Below are positions 39,206-50,424 of a stretch of 64,000 nt of DNA, in pieces. Within the stretch, counting starts at the first letter, position 1; every line of letters starts with the position of its first letter. The stretch is from positions 5,749 through 69,748 of the forward strand of contig CBDDUX010000040.1 of the NCBI GenBank assembly GCA_965234725.1, given 5' to 3'. The position numbers and the translations under genes were made by a program. The stretch is from Thermoplasmatota archaeon (lineage in GTDB: Archaea; Thermoplasmatota; Penumbrarchaeia; Penumbrarchaeales; Penumbrarchaeaceae). The notes beneath the pieces are model-generated. The model was not told the origin of the DNA. It ran no database searches and saw only the letters and a list, made by a program, of their open reading frames with translations.

Positions 39206-41488
39206 ATGAAGATAACAGTTATGCTGATCTTCATATCAGTTGTTTTCACATCAATATCTTACAATGCCATAGGGGATGAAAACCTCTCAATTTCAGAGGC
39301 ATCATTCGGACTTCCACAGGAAACGGATTCATTCTCAACCGTGGAGGTTTTCGATTCGGATCGGGACGGTCTGGATGAGATCTTCATGGGAGGATCCGGA
39401 TTCAGTGATGGAGATATCCGAACAGAAGGTATCAGAGCCTATGAATATGATAAGATCAGTGGGAGATGGGAACCCTTTGGATCAGGTCTTCCAGGTCCTG
39501 GATCGGGTGTGTACTACGGGGCTATCGCACTGGGCGATGTAAATGGCGATGGGAATATGGACATTTCAGCCCCGAAACCATCCAGATGGTATGATATTGA
39601 TTATTCCGAGAACGGAGTGGATATCTACACCGGTAACGGACAGGGTAGTTTCGAGTTCACCCATACGATCCCTCTTGACGATTCTCAGCTCGGTTCCTCA
39701 AATGAGGTTGAGGTAGCTGACCTGGACGATGACGGTTTCACGGACATAATAGTCTCCACATATTCTGGCATCAAGGTATTCTTCGGAGATGGTTCGGGAA
39801 CCAGATGGAACGAACAGAGTCCACCTCATCTGAAAAGTACAGAGATATCTGGGGTAGGTATCGGTGACCTGAACAAGGACGGTCTTCTGGACATTGTGGG
39901 TACACCCTATCAGAGGTCCGAGGATGTAGAGATGTATGTGCAGGGGAATCTCAGGAGCTGGAGAGATGTCCCGTTTAAGCAGACCACCGCAGGTTTCGGT
40001 ACAAAGATCCTTGATGTGGACCTCGATGGCAACAACGATGTTGTCTACGGGACCTTGGATGAGGGGATCAAAGTCTGGTTGGGCCAGGGAGAGGTAACTC
40101 TCACCAGCTTTCCTTGTACTGAGGGTGATGAGGGTCTTCCCACAACAGACGGCCAATGGGACCAGGTGGAACTCTCTGATATCAATGGTGACGGAAAACC
40201 TGACCTGATAGCAGCGATCAACTCAAGACCAACAGTCCATTGTTTCATCAATGATCTGCCCAGTGGCTGGTATGAGGTATTCACCGGTGATGAGGAGCTG
40301 TACGTCGGTGGTCAAGCTTACGGGGCTAATTTCGGAGACTGGAATGGTGACGGTCAGATGGATATTGGAGCCTGCTCATGGGAAGACGGGGCTGATGCCT
40401 GGCTTCTTTCCTCCCTACAAGGAACATCTCCTGTTGCGGATGCCGGATCTGACCGGACCGTGGATATTGGTGTTAAGGTGATACTTGACGGGTCCGGAAG
40501 CCGGGATCCTGACGGAGAGATCATTGAATGGGAGTGGGATTGCACATCTCATGATGTGGATCTGGAAGATGCCGAAACATCCTCACCAAGCTTCACACCC
40601 TCCGAGGAGGGTATCTATGTCTTCAATCTCAGGGTCATGGACGATGATGACGAATGGTCACAGACCTCCACTGTAAGGATAACCGTAATCGATCCCACCC
40701 GGAATATCAAACCAGTAGCCTATGCTGGTGCTCCCCAACATGTAAACGTTGATGACCTTGTCGAACTTGATGGGTCCGGTTCAACAGATATGGATGGAAG
40801 CATTGTTGAATGGCAGTGGACCTGCACATCCCATAATGGTATATCACTTGAAGATGCAGATACAGCTTATCCCTCCTTCATACCAGATAAGGAAGGGACC
40901 TACAGGTTCCGATTGATAGTTACCGATGATGATGGTGATGATTCCGATCCGGACCAGGTAACAGTTGAAGCATCCTACCAGGTATTCTATCCTCGATTGG
41001 GACCATTCAACTATGAGAACGGAGAACCATTGTCGGGTGCAGATGTCATTTTAACCAGTGGTTCCGATGAAAAGAGGTCCATCACAGATGAAAATGGATA
41101 TGCCACATTTGAGATGGGATTGATCGAAGGGACTTATACGTGTGTTGTGGAAAGGGATGGAGAGGTCCTGATAAAAGGCCTTTCGATAACCATTGCCTCC
41201 AACGGCAGGGTAACATATGGTGGAGGGTCCATTCCTGAAATTCCTGTAGATGAGGGGAACAGTAATACCATTTTCATCATCATTATCGCCGGGATCGTTG
41301 TGTTTGCCATATTGACGATCGTGGTTTTCATGCTTGTCAGAAGGAGCGGAAAGGAGGATTTTATTGAGGTGGAGGTCTCCGATCAAGGGGGTGCTTATGC
41401 CTGTGAAAATTGTGGAACAACTCTGACCTACATGACAGACTTCAATATGTACTACTGCAGCAGCTGCGACAAATACGCAGGACAGTAG
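39206..41488 (+). CDS. FG-GAP/VCBS beta-propeller plus two PKD-like domains, TM anchor and zinc ribbon
   Basis: Seven D.[ND].DG..D repeats; PVADAG/LDGSGSRDPDG PKD-type units; TM followed by RR; CENCG...CSSC. Confidence 0.85.
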   Translation: MKITVMLIFISVVFTSISYNAIGDENLSISEASFGLPQETDSFSTVEVFDSDRDGLDEIFMGGSGFSDGDIRTEGIRAYEYDKISGRWEPFGSGLPGPGSGVYYGAIALGDVNGDGNMDISAPKPSRWYDIDYSENGVDIYTGNGQGSFEFTHTIPLDDSQLGSSNEVEVADLDDDGFTDIIVSTYSGIKVFFGDGSGTRWNEQSPPHLKSTEISGVGIGDLNKDGLLDIVGTPYQRSEDVEMYVQGNLRSWRDVPFKQTTAGFGTKILDVDLDGNNDVVYGTLDEGIKVWLGQGEVTLTSFPCTEGDEGLPTTDGQWDQVELSDINGDGKPDLIAAINSRPTVHCFINDLPSGWYEVFTGDEELYVGGQAYGANFGDWNGDGQMDIGACSWEDGADAWLLSSLQGTSPVADAGSDRTVDIGVKVILDGSGSRDPDGEIIEWEWDCTSHDVDLEDAETSSPSFTPSEEGIYVFNLRVMDDDDEWSQTSTVRITVIDPTRNIKPVAYAGAPQHVNVDDLVELDGSGSTDMDGSIVEWQWTCTSHNGISLEDADTAYPSFIPDKEGTYRFRLIVTDDDGDDSDPDQVTVEASYQVFYPRLGPFNYENGEPLSGADVILTSGSDEKRSITDENGYATFEMGLIEGTYTCVVERDGEVLIKGLSITIASNGRVTYGGGSIPEIPVDEGNSNTIFIIIIAGIVVFAILTIVVFMLVRRSGKEDFIEVEVSDQGGAYACENCGTTLTYMTDFNMYYCSSCDKYAGQ

Positions 41489-41520
41489 GAGTCTCTTTGC
41501 TGAAGGTATATAACAGGAAA

Positions 41521-44500
41521 TCATTCCTCATCTTCCGCCGGTCTGCTTCTCCTCGATATAATGATGATAGCGGAGATCGAGATGAGCAGGATCACAAGTA
41601 TAAGGATGATTATCCAGATCATATTTCCGTTGTCATCATCATCCGATCCGGGTTCATCTATAGGTGGTTCTTCGCTTTTCAATGATAAGGCCGGTGGTCC
41701 TTCTTCCAGAAGGCCTTCCATTGTGATCTTCGTGCTGTATTGGATCGGTTCGTAACCATCCAGAGAGATCGAGATATTAACATCCGAACCAAGAAGGTCC
41801 TTCGAAAGGTTGAATTCGGCAATACCGTCCGGACCTGTGTTGTTTTCCAGGGTGAGGGTACTAATTGTGATGACGATCCTGCAATTATCCAGGAAAGAAC
41901 CCGTTTCATTCCTTATCGGACCTATGGATAGAATGAAGTGGACTGTAACATTATCGATCACATCCTGGATCTTAACCATGGGAGGTGGTAATGTTTCCAG
42001 CAAACCCTCCTTTGTAATATTGGTGGAGTAGGTAAGGTTCTGATAACCTTCCTTGAAAAGGGTGATAACAACAGGAATACCATAGGATGATCTTGCAAGG
42101 ATGAAGTATGTATTCCCATCCAGGTCTGATAGGGAACTATCTTCAAACCCTTCCAAGGAGATCGATACCGAGACATTATCCAGGACCGTTCCGTTCTCAT
42201 CGATTATCGGTCCAATGGTCAGTGAGTAATTACCAATTTCAAACGCTTCTCCTGCGATCCCAAATATCGAAAAATGATCCAGATCGATCTGGATATAACC
42301 CGCATAATCCATCCCATTCAAGTTGAGATCGGTGGTGTTCACCCTTGAGATCGAGGAAAGGTTCATCCAGGTTCCATTCTCCAACCTGTAGATCGTGAGA
42401 GTGGATTCATCTATATCGCCCGTATCATCGGCATCCCCGTCATTATTTCTGTCCAGATCATCGACAGTGTAATAGATCCTCAGTTCCGCCCAGCTGACCT
42501 CCACATCTCCGGTAAGGTCCACCTGTATGAACCTGTCAATTGGATATCGATCGAGAGGTATCCCTGAAGATACTTTCATTGGTGTCGGTGGATCCATAAG
42601 GTGGGTCAATTCCAGTTTAGCTGTTGAATTTCCTTTGAATTCACAGAAGAGAGCGGCATCCACAGCTCTGGTAAGGTCCAATGAATCGAAGTTGATGAAT
42701 CCCACGGGAGTCATGTAATCAGAGACCACGTGACCGGACTCAACGGACATCATTATGCTCTTGAATATTCCAAGGATCCTGTTGTGGTCGTTTTGGAGTG
42801 GTTTCGAAATAAGTATCACCGTCTGGTTAGGGGACCATACACCGTATCTGACAACACACCTATTCTCCATGGAAGAGTTCATGGCCTCAAGAAGATAAGG
42901 AGTATCTTTCAGGAGTTGATAGATCAGATTTCCGGATGTTCCCTGATCCATCGATGGTTTCCCGACGATAACGATATACTGATCCGTTATCCCCTCAGCC
43001 TCGTCAGGAGCCAGCTCATTGATGATAACGGAACCCTGTCCGGAAAGGCCGTTCTTCAGCATATCCGAGTCCTTTGTACTATCTGAGATGAAGGTTATAT
43101 TTTCAAGCTCCACTGTGAAATCAAGGTCAGATCCATCCGGGATACCATCCCCATCCGAATCCCTACTGAATGGATTGTATCCGATCTCCAGCTCTCTGGA
43201 GTCCAACATCCCGTCCCCGTCTGTGTCGTTGTTTATAGGATTCAGCTTCATCTCTATCTCGAAACCATCCGGAAGAAGGTCCCCGTCGCTGTCTCCAGAG
43301 GTTGGATCGGTTTCGTATATCATCTCTATTCCATCCGGGATCCCATCGCCATCATCATCGGATTTGTAGGCATTAGTACCCAATTCCAACTCCTCATTAT
43401 CAAAGAGGGAATCCCTGTCCGGATCCGGGTCCAGAGGATCATAGCCCATTTGTTTCTCCTCGTTATCGCTCAATCCGTCATCGTCGGTATCGGGATCCCT
43501 GGGATTGGTTCCTAAAAGGAATTCCCACTTATCGCTCAGCCCGTCCCCGTCGGTATCATAAAGTAGAGGATCACCACCCCATGCCAGTTCAAGGGAATCG
43601 CTCAATGTATCCCGGTCGGAATCGAAATGAAGCGGATCGGTCCCATTCTCCAATTCGAAGAGGTCACCGAGTCCATCCCTGTCCGTATCCGTGGAATTGG
43701 GATCTGTTAAAAGGTACTTTTCGTAGGAATCATTCAAACCATCATCGTCCGTGTCAAAGATCTTCGGACTGGAGAGGACGATCTCTGAGACATCTCCCTC
43801 GGGGGTTGTCGAGTTGCATAACCACCCGACCATTTCCTCGTCATCCGGAAGACCGTCAGAATCCGTATCATCCGCAACGAGGTCCTCATCGACCCTGTGA
43901 AGGGTAGTCAGCATATCGAAAAGAATGATCCTCCCTTTGTAGGTGCCTGAACCTGTATTTCCACCCACATAGATCTTATCATCATCACCAACATAGATGG
44001 AGGTCTCGGAAAGACCTGTATTCCATTCTGCCAGCATTCTTCTGTTCCTGTCGAAGACCTGTATCCTATCGTATGTCTGGTCCTCGTCACAGATGTAAAT
44101 ATTGTCATCTTTATCGATGAAAATATCTCCCGGTTTTCCAAACTGGGGGACCTGCCAGGTGAAGTTCTCTGTCAGGTCAGGATTGTATACATGTACAACC
44201 CTATTCTTGATATCTAACAGGAAGATATCTCCAAAACTGTTGACAGCAATTGAATTGCCCTCCAATGCTCCGATACTGCCGGGTCCGGAGTAATAGGGTA
44301 ACTGTTTGTAACGAAGTTCCGTTCCATTCGGGTCGAAGACCACAATGTACGGCCATTCTCCTGGACCTATCCCCATTGCATAAACATTGTCCTCCTCATC
44401 CACCCACATCGTTGAAACGGTCCCGATATGATTATTGTACCATTTCGCTTTGATATTGCCGTTCGTATCTAACAGATATAATTTGATATTACCGTCCCAT

Positions 44501-47500
44501 CCATATGTACCCACATAGACCGTTCCGTTCGGTCCGATGAATACGGATGAGACCTCATCAAGATATGTATCGCTCCACTGCGTGAATTTCACGGCCCATT
44601 TGTAGTACCCATCCTTATCGATCTTCAACAGGTAATCGCTGCTGTAACCCTTTATGTAGAAACTTCCATCCGGTCCGACTGCCATTTCATTGCACTCGGC
44701 GAATTTCCTTGATTCGTCATCGCCTATGACCTCATCTTCAACGATATCTATGGTGGTATAATCCGTCAAAAGATCGTTTGTACCATTACCGTCGGTATCC
44801 ATTGATAACGGATTCAGGTTGCAGTAGAATTCCATTAGATCATTGATACCGTCTCCATCGGTGTCATTCAATGTCGGATCGGATACTATATGCCAGTAGA
44901 ATGGGGTCCCGTCATAAGTGAAATTGACGACCCAACCTTCCAGTTCCAGATAATCGGTGAGCCCATCATTATCCGTGTCATCGTTCCGAAGGTCCATCCC
45001 TTTCTTGACCTCTAATCTATCGTTCAATCCGTCCAGGTCCGTATCTGGATCGGTGGGATCATATCCCATTTCAAGCTCGTAAGGATCACCAAGACCATCC
45101 CCGTCCGAATCCCATTTCCACTGACTGGTTCCTATCTCCTGGGATGCATTCAGTGTATCTCCATCCGGATCTGACCTCTTCAGATATCCCCATCTTGAAA
45201 GGTCATCCATGTTCTCGGGCATTATGTCGAAGTACATTGTATCCATTTGAGAATAATCCGTATCTGTAACATTCTTCCTCTCCCAGAGTCCTGGGAACCA
45301 GAAGGCAACGTAATTGTATTCCTCGTAGAAGACCTTGTATTCCGTTTTAAAAATGGTGGAAACAGGATAATTGATCATTCCGAATCCCGGCTCTACGTAT
45401 GCTCCGATCTCCCATTGTGTGTCCTTTCTCTGATCGGTCTCTGTCTCTTTTATCACATTTTGATAAGTGCCTCTCTTCGACCATTTCGTTCCAGTATAGC
45501 CTGCTTCGGCGGGTTTTGAAGGAACATAGATGATGTAACCGGGTTTGATGTATCCTTCTTCGACATCTTCCTTACCACCCCATCTGGTCCTCACAACCGA
45601 TGTGTTGACAATACTTTCCATTTCGAACCTGTCACCGGCATCAAGGCCGTTACCGGTCCTATCGATCATGTCCATTGAAGTGGAGACGATCTCCAGGTCC
45701 AGGTCGCAGAATGTCCTTGCCCCTGCTACAAGTCCCAGGATCCAGTTCATGATGATATCCTGATAGCCCGAGACCCCAGGGATCCATGTCAGGATCAGGT
45801 CCACAAGGTCTGCAATGAGCATTATGATCCCAATAATGGTCCCGACAATAGGGATCAGTCCGATCAAGAACATGACGATGGAATATCCCATCTGGAGCAT
45901 GAACTGTGCCGTAGCAACAGAAGCCGAGAAAGCATCCCAGCCGTTGCTGCAGCATATCATGATAAGGTTGAAGACACCGATCCCGTAATCAATGATGAGG
46001 CCCACTATATCGAGTATAGGACCTATGGTGTCAAGGAATTTCAGGACATCCTTTACCGTGTCCACGACCTTCACGATCTTGAGTGCGGTAATGATCGATT
46101 TCAATCCGTCCCCAATATAACTCCCGGCCTTGGCAAGGATATCCACCTTTGCTCCAATTTCGATGATATCCTTGAAACCGCCCATGATGGTCATGGGTGC
46201 TCCAACCAACCATTTGGCAGTGTTGAATATGTTCATTCCAATGGTGTATGCGTCCAGGTTGACCTCGGGAACATTCCAGTTGGTAACCTGGTCACCAACG
46301 GAAATTACCGTGGAATCCCCGATCGCCCAGAACAACAACAGTGATGCTGTATCCGTTCCCGTGTTCCTGTTCAATCCCCAGGAGGCAACCTCACCGATCA
46401 ATTCACCAGGGTCAAGGGGATCTGTAGAGGGAGCCTCATACCAGGTGGTCTTCATCATCCTCGATCTGATCACTGGCTCATTTCCAAGGTCTATCACAAA
46501 GGACCGTCCGTCTATGGGATCAAGGTCTCTGAGATCCATGATGGAGGAGGAATCCTCAATTAAGGTGATCAATGGGAGTATGCTTTCATCAGGGAGGGTT
46601 GAAACGGCCTCTCCGGAAATGCGATTGATAGAATCAAGAAGTGCTTCATCCTGGTGATCGTAAGTTCCCTCTACGCTGTCAAGAGTGAGGTTCTTATCAC
46701 TCAGCACGGATTTAATATCACCCATCTGGAACGTATCATTCCTCATGAAATCCCTTGATAATATCACAAGGGACATCAAAAGTTCCTCAAGGTCATTACC
46801 GTAAAAAACACCCAATTCGGTTCCGAAGTTCTCCGATGCCCTCAATCCGACGATGGAGAATTTTTCGGGATATGTAATAAGGTTGATCATCTGAGTCTTG
46901 ATACCTGCATCCTCTATCTTGAACTTGGAATTCTCACCGGAAGAGGAGGTGGAGGTTTTCAATGTTCCATCGGTCTGGAGGGTAAGGTATTTTCCAGTGT
47001 TGGTAATCAGATATTCAAGGTCCCCTGCCGGCGATCTCTGGAACTTGCAGTTATCTCCGAGTTCGTTCCAGGATGCAGTGAGGAACCCCGATCCATCGGT
47101 TCCAAGATAATTCCCGTTCATTGCTTTGAAGGCTATCTGGTCCGATCCCAGTTCCTCAATGACGAATCCCTGATGGTCAGATATTGAGGATGCATTTGCA
47201 TTGGGTTTTCCGTTATCCGCAGATGAAAGGTATTTCCCGTTGTTTGCTTTGATGGAACTTACCTTTTGATCGGTATTGGCGGTCACTGACCATTCGAAGG
47301 AGAGGTCCAGGTCAAGGTCGGTCGGTTCCCCGGCGGGGATGAACATCTTCCCCCTGAGTGCAACGATCTGGCCGTATTCCCTCTCAGGGAACATCGGGAT
47401 GATGCATGTATCTCCATCCACCACAATTCCATAATCTATCACATCATCCTGGTCCGGGACATGGTTCATTTTGATCTTCAGGATCGGATTAATGAACATG

Positions 47501-48147
47501 TCCTCCTCGGAATCGTCCAGATCCTTCATCATCGCCTTTTCATCATGGGGCCAATCATAGGACCCGATGATCATGTTCATATGGGACGGGTTTTGAGGTC
47601 TGATCTGAAATGAGATGTACACATATTCTGATGTTGTGTTCAGGTCAAGGTGGAATGAACTCTTGACAGCTGTCTTTGAAAATGGAGAGAGATCGGTGGT
47701 ATCTTCCAGACCATCATTGTCATTATCACTGTCCCATGCATTGGAAATCCCATCTCCATCCGCATCCGTTGGGACATCGATCATCTCCATGCCGTCCGGA
47801 AGTCCATCGTTATTGGAGTCCATCTTGTGGGGGTCCGTATTCATTGAGATCTCAACAGGATCGTTAACCTTGTCATTGTCCGTATCCTCTGAAAAAGGAT
47901 CCGTTCCTATGACCAGTTCAACCGAATCCGGTATCGTATCCAGATCAGAGTCGGTCATGTCATTAGTTGCCGAGATCAGATCCTCGACAAGACCGGAAAG
48001 GTTCCGGTATGGTCCCGGAACAATGTCATATCTTGTCTGATCCTTCTCCTCTTCTCCGATCCAACCATGAACAACCGGAAGGAAAACCATGGTCAGAAGA
48101 ACAGACACACTCAAGATCGAAATATTACGTCTGCGGTTAAAGATCAT
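41521..48147 (-). CDS. Giant anchored surface protein: TSP3-type Ca-binding repeats, fascin-like beta-trefoil, internal hydrophobic helical region, NHL-like propeller, stalk, TM anchor
   Basis: Many DTDGDGL.D..E repeats; three [ANT].NG.YL trefoil repeats; IAVNSFGDIF/IFIDKDDNIY NHL-like blades; C-terminal TM then RRSR; GAGGTG RBS before ATG 48147. Confidence 0.85.
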   Translation of the reverse strand: MIFNRRRNISILSVSVLLTMVFLPVVHGWIGEEEKDQTRYDIVPGPYRNLSGLVEDLISATNDMTDSDLDTIPDSVELVIGTDPFSEDTDNDKVNDPVEISMNTDPHKMDSNNDGLPDGMEMIDVPTDADGDGISNAWDSDNDNDGLEDTTDLSPFSKTAVKSSFHLDLNTTSEYVYISFQIRPQNPSHMNMIIGSYDWPHDEKAMMKDLDDSEEDMFINPILKIKMNHVPDQDDVIDYGIVVDGDTCIIPMFPEREYGQIVALRGKMFIPAGEPTDLDLDLSFEWSVTANTDQKVSSIKANNGKYLSSADNGKPNANASSISDHQGFVIEELGSDQIAFKAMNGNYLGTDGSGFLTASWNELGDNCKFQRSPAGDLEYLITNTGKYLTLQTDGTLKTSTSSSGENSKFKIEDAGIKTQMINLITYPEKFSIVGLRASENFGTELGVFYGNDLEELLMSLVILSRDFMRNDTFQMGDIKSVLSDKNLTLDSVEGTYDHQDEALLDSINRISGEAVSTLPDESILPLITLIEDSSSIMDLRDLDPIDGRSFVIDLGNEPVIRSRMMKTTWYEAPSTDPLDPGELIGEVASWGLNRNTGTDTASLLLFWAIGDSTVISVGDQVTNWNVPEVNLDAYTIGMNIFNTAKWLVGAPMTIMGGFKDIIEIGAKVDILAKAGSYIGDGLKSIITALKIVKVVDTVKDVLKFLDTIGPILDIVGLIIDYGIGVFNLIMICCSNGWDAFSASVATAQFMLQMGYSIVMFLIGLIPIVGTIIGIIMLIADLVDLILTWIPGVSGYQDIIMNWILGLVAGARTFCDLDLEIVSTSMDMIDRTGNGLDAGDRFEMESIVNTSVVRTRWGGKEDVEEGYIKPGYIIYVPSKPAEAGYTGTKWSKRGTYQNVIKETETDQRKDTQWEIGAYVEPGFGMINYPVSTIFKTEYKVFYEEYNYVAFWFPGLWERKNVTDTDYSQMDTMYFDIMPENMDDLSRWGYLKRSDPDGDTLNASQEIGTSQWKWDSDGDGLGDPYELEMGYDPTDPDTDLDGLNDRLEVKKGMDLRNDDTDNDGLTDYLELEGWVVNFTYDGTPFYWHIVSDPTLNDTDGDGINDLMEFYCNLNPLSMDTDGNGTNDLLTDYTTIDIVEDEVIGDDESRKFAECNEMAVGPDGSFYIKGYSSDYLLKIDKDGYYKWAVKFTQWSDTYLDEVSSVFIGPNGTVYVGTYGWDGNIKLYLLDTNGNIKAKWYNNHIGTVSTMWVDEEDNVYAMGIGPGEWPYIVVFDPNGTELRYKQLPYYSGPGSIGALEGNSIAVNSFGDIFLLDIKNRVVHVYNPDLTENFTWQVPQFGKPGDIFIDKDDNIYICDEDQTYDRIQVFDRNRRMLAEWNTGLSETSIYVGDDDKIYVGGNTGSGTYKGRIILFDMLTTLHRVDEDLVADDTDSDGLPDDEEMVGWLCNSTTPEGDVSEIVLSSPKIFDTDDDGLNDSYEKYLLTDPNSTDTDRDGLGDLFELENGTDPLHFDSDRDTLSDSLELAWGGDPLLYDTDGDGLSDKWEFLLGTNPRDPDTDDDGLSDNEEKQMGYDPLDPDPDRDSLFDNEELELGTNAYKSDDDGDGIPDGIEMIYETDPTSGDSDGDLLPDGFEIEMKLNPINNDTDGDGMLDSRELEIGYNPFSRDSDGDGIPDGSDLDFTVELENITFISDSTKDSDMLKNGLSGQGSVIINELAPDEAEGITDQYIVIVGKPSMDQGTSGNLIYQLLKDTPYLLEAMNSSMENRCVVRYGVWSPNQTVILISKPLQNDHNRILGIFKSIMMSVESGHVVSDYMTPVGFINFDSLDLTRAVDAALFCEFKGNSTAKLELTHLMDPPTPMKVSSGIPLDRYPIDRFIQVDLTGDVEVSWAELRIYYTVDDLDRNNDGDADDTGDIDESTLTIYRLENGTWMNLSSISRVNTTDLNLNGMDYAGYIQIDLDHFSIFGIAGEAFEIGNYSLTIGPIIDENGTVLDNVSVSISLEGFEDSSLSDLDGNTYFILARSSYGIPVVITLFKEGYQNLTYSTNITKEGLLETLPPPMVKIQDVIDNVTVHFILSIGPIRNETGSFLDNCRIVITISTLTLENNTGPDGIAEFNLSKDLLGSDVNISISLDGYEPIQYSTKITMEGLLEEGPPALSLKSEEPPIDEPGSDDDDNGNMIWIIILILVILLISISAIIIISRRSRPAEDEE

Positions 48148-48323
48148 TCCCACACCTCTATGGAATACAGTTCTTTCACAGTTTATATATTATTTATAAT
48201 ATATTGTGCTTTCAATTTGAATGTATTTCTAAAAATATACCGATATTATTGATGTTTTTTATTGGTCGACGAAGACATTTTCAATAAGGATCAAGAAATT
48301 CCAAGGATCAGGATCAAGTATCA

Positions 48324-48686
48324 TCATTCAATACGACAATCAGAACAGTCCAGATGCTCACACACCTTGTTATCGACCTTCCACTTAAGGGCCCAGCACT
48401 TGAACTGCTTGATCACATCGATGAGCTCGGATCCGCTTTCGGTCAGATCATATTCAACTTTTATTGGAACCTGAGTTGAATCAACTGATTTTGTGATCAG
48501 TCCGGATCCTGCAAGCTCCTTCAATCTCTGGGAGAGGACCTTTGGTGTAATGTCGCAAAGACCGTTCTTGATATCAGTGTACCTTTTCGGTCCCCCTCCT
48601 CCCCTGTGGATCTCGAGGAGGATCACCATTGACCATCTCTTGGCTATCAGGTCGATGGTCTTATATACTGTGCAGTCCGAGTGCAT
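48324..48686 (-). CDS. HxlR (MarR/DUF24) family redox-type transcriptional regulator
   Basis: CTVYKTIDLIAKRW, ITPKVLSQRLKEL, PIKVEYDLTESG; N-terminal Cys and C-terminal CEHLDCSDC; divergent from hcp. Confidence 0.9.
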   Translation of the reverse strand: MHSDCTVYKTIDLIAKRWSMVILLEIHRGGGGPKRYTDIKNGLCDITPKVLSQRLKELAGSGLITKSVDSTQVPIKVEYDLTESGSELIDVIKQFKCWALKWKVDNKVCEHLDCSDCRIE

Positions 48687-48687
48687 G

Positions 48688-48756
48688 GTATACAATTAGA
48701 TACTCTCTAATTGATATACTTTTGTATCATTAGGGTAGTAGATAGCAAAAAGATAC
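48688..48756. promoter_or_regulatory. Putative operator array in the hxlR-hcp divergent promoter
   Basis: GTATACAATTAGATAC (48688-48703), GATATACTTTTGTATC (48713-48728) and GATAGCAAAAAGATAC (48741-48756) share GATAC/GTATC half-sites. Confidence 0.5.
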
Positions 48757-48759
48757 CAG

Positions 48760-50403
48760 GTGAATAGAATGTTTTGCAACCAGTGTCAGGAAACTTTGAA
48801 GAATGAAGGGTGCACCCAGAGAGGTGTTTGTGGGAAGACAGATGATATAGCCAATTTTCAGGACCTAATGATCCATTGTATGCGTGGTGTTTCATACTTT
48901 CAGGTCCTTAAGAGAGAAGAAGGTCATCCCGACAAGGATGCAAATGAGATCATCATGGAAGCTCTCTTTGCAACCATTACCAATGCTAATTTCGATAGGA
49001 ACAGAATGATAGGGTTCATTCAGGATTCTATAAAGATCAGGGACAGGTTGAGGAAGGAACTGGAAGGAACAGGGCATGAATTCCAGGACCTCCCGGACCA
49101 TGCGGTCTGGAAATTTGAAGATGAGGAACAGGCCCTTGAGAAGTCAAGGACCATTGGTCATCTGTCCATAGAGAACGAGGATATCAGGTCCCTGTCATTG
49201 TTGTTGCTTTATGGTGTCAAAGGGATCTCAGCCTATCTTCATCATGCATATGTGATCGATTCCACAGATGAGGATATCTTCGCTTTCATGAACAAGGGTC
49301 TCCTGGCATACAGGGATCCTGGAATGGATATTGGATCTTTATTGAACCTTGTAATGGAATGTGGCGAGATCGGTGTCAAAACAATGGCATTACTTGACGA
49401 GGCGAACACCTCCAAATATGGAGTACCCACACCTCATAAAGTAAACATCGGGGTGAGGAACAATCCAGGCATCCTGATATCCGGTCATGATCTGAAGGAC
49501 CTTGAAGAACTGCTAGAGCAGACAAAAGGTACAGGTATCGATGTGTATTCACATGGTGAGATGCTACCGGCAAATTACTACCCATTCTTCGAGAAGTATG
49601 ACAATCTGGTAGGTAATTACGGAAGCTCCTGGTGGTATCAGATCAGGGATTTCGAGACCTTCAAGGGTCCAGTACTGCTAACGACCAACTGTCTTGTCCC
49701 TCCTCTTCCTTCCTACAAGGATAGGGTTTACACAACCGGTACAGTCGGATTCGAAGGAGTTCCCCATATACCTGACAGAGAACCGGGAAAGACGAAGGAT
49801 TTCTCTTCTATCATTGAACATGCCAGGAAATGTGACCCTCCACAGGAGCTTGAGACCGGTGAGATCGTCGGAGGTTTCAACCACAGGACCCTTTGGGATG
49901 TCAAGGACAAGGTCCTGGAAGCTGTGACAACTGGCAAGATAAAGAAGTTCTTCGTAATGGCGGGATGTGACGGTAGACACAAGTCAAGGGAATATTATTC
50001 GGAATTTGCGAAGGCCCTTCCCAAGGATGCTGTCATCCTGACTGCTGGTTGTGCAAAATTCAGGTATAATAAATTGATAAAGGATGATATCAACGGTATC
50101 CCCAGGGTCATTGACGCGGGTCAGTGCAACGATTCCTACTCTCTTGCAGCCTTTGCTTTGAAACTTGCCGACCACCTTGGAGTGGATGTCAACGAGCTAC
50201 CCATCGAATACAATATCGCATGGTATGAACAGAAAGCTGTCCTTGTTCTTCTGGCTCTCCTTTCATTGGGTGTAAAGAACATTCGTCTGGGACCAACCCT
50301 TCCAGCTTTTGTATCACCAACTGTCCTGAACGTTCTTGTGGAGAAGTTCCAGCTGGGTCCGAATACAACCGTTGAGCAGGACCTTGCTGAGATGATGGCT
50401 TGA
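48760..50403 (+). CDS. hcp: Hybrid cluster protein (hydroxylamine reductase)
   Basis: MFCNQCQET...[10 protein letters not shown] cubane motif, [40 protein letters not shown]. Confidence 0.96.
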   Translation: MNRMFCNQCQETLKNEGCTQRGVCGKTDDIANFQDLMIHCMRGVSYFQVLKREEGHPDKDANEIIMEALFATITNANFDRNRMIGFIQDSIKIRDRLRKELEGTGHEFQDLPDHAVWKFEDEEQALEKSRTIGHLSIENEDIRSLSLLLLYGVKGISAYLHHAYVIDSTDEDIFAFMNKGLLAYRDPGMDIGSLLNLVMECGEIGVKTMALLDEANTSKYGVPTPHKVNIGVRNNPGILISGHDLKDLEELLEQTKGTGIDVYSHGEMLPANYYPFFEKYDNLVGNYGSSWWYQIRDFETFKGPVLLTTNCLVPPLPSYKDRVYTTGTVGFEGVPHIPDREPGKTKDFSSIIEHARKCDPPQELETGEIVGGFNHRTLWDVKDKVLEAVTTGKIKKFFVMAGCDGRHKSREYYSEFAKALPKDAVILTAGCAKFRYNKLIKDDINGIPRVIDAGQCNDSYSLAAFALKLADHLGVDVNELPIEYNIAWYEQKAVLVLLALLSLGVKNIRLGPTLPAFVSPTVLNVLVEKFQLGPNTTVEQDLAEMMA

Positions 50404-50424
50404 GAAATTATTGGTGGTGATATT

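Noticed and set aside
43100-43900. Periodic DNA similarity that might be an array
   Set aside because: Explained by in-frame TSP3-type DxDxDG protein repeats; no fixed repeat-spacer structure.
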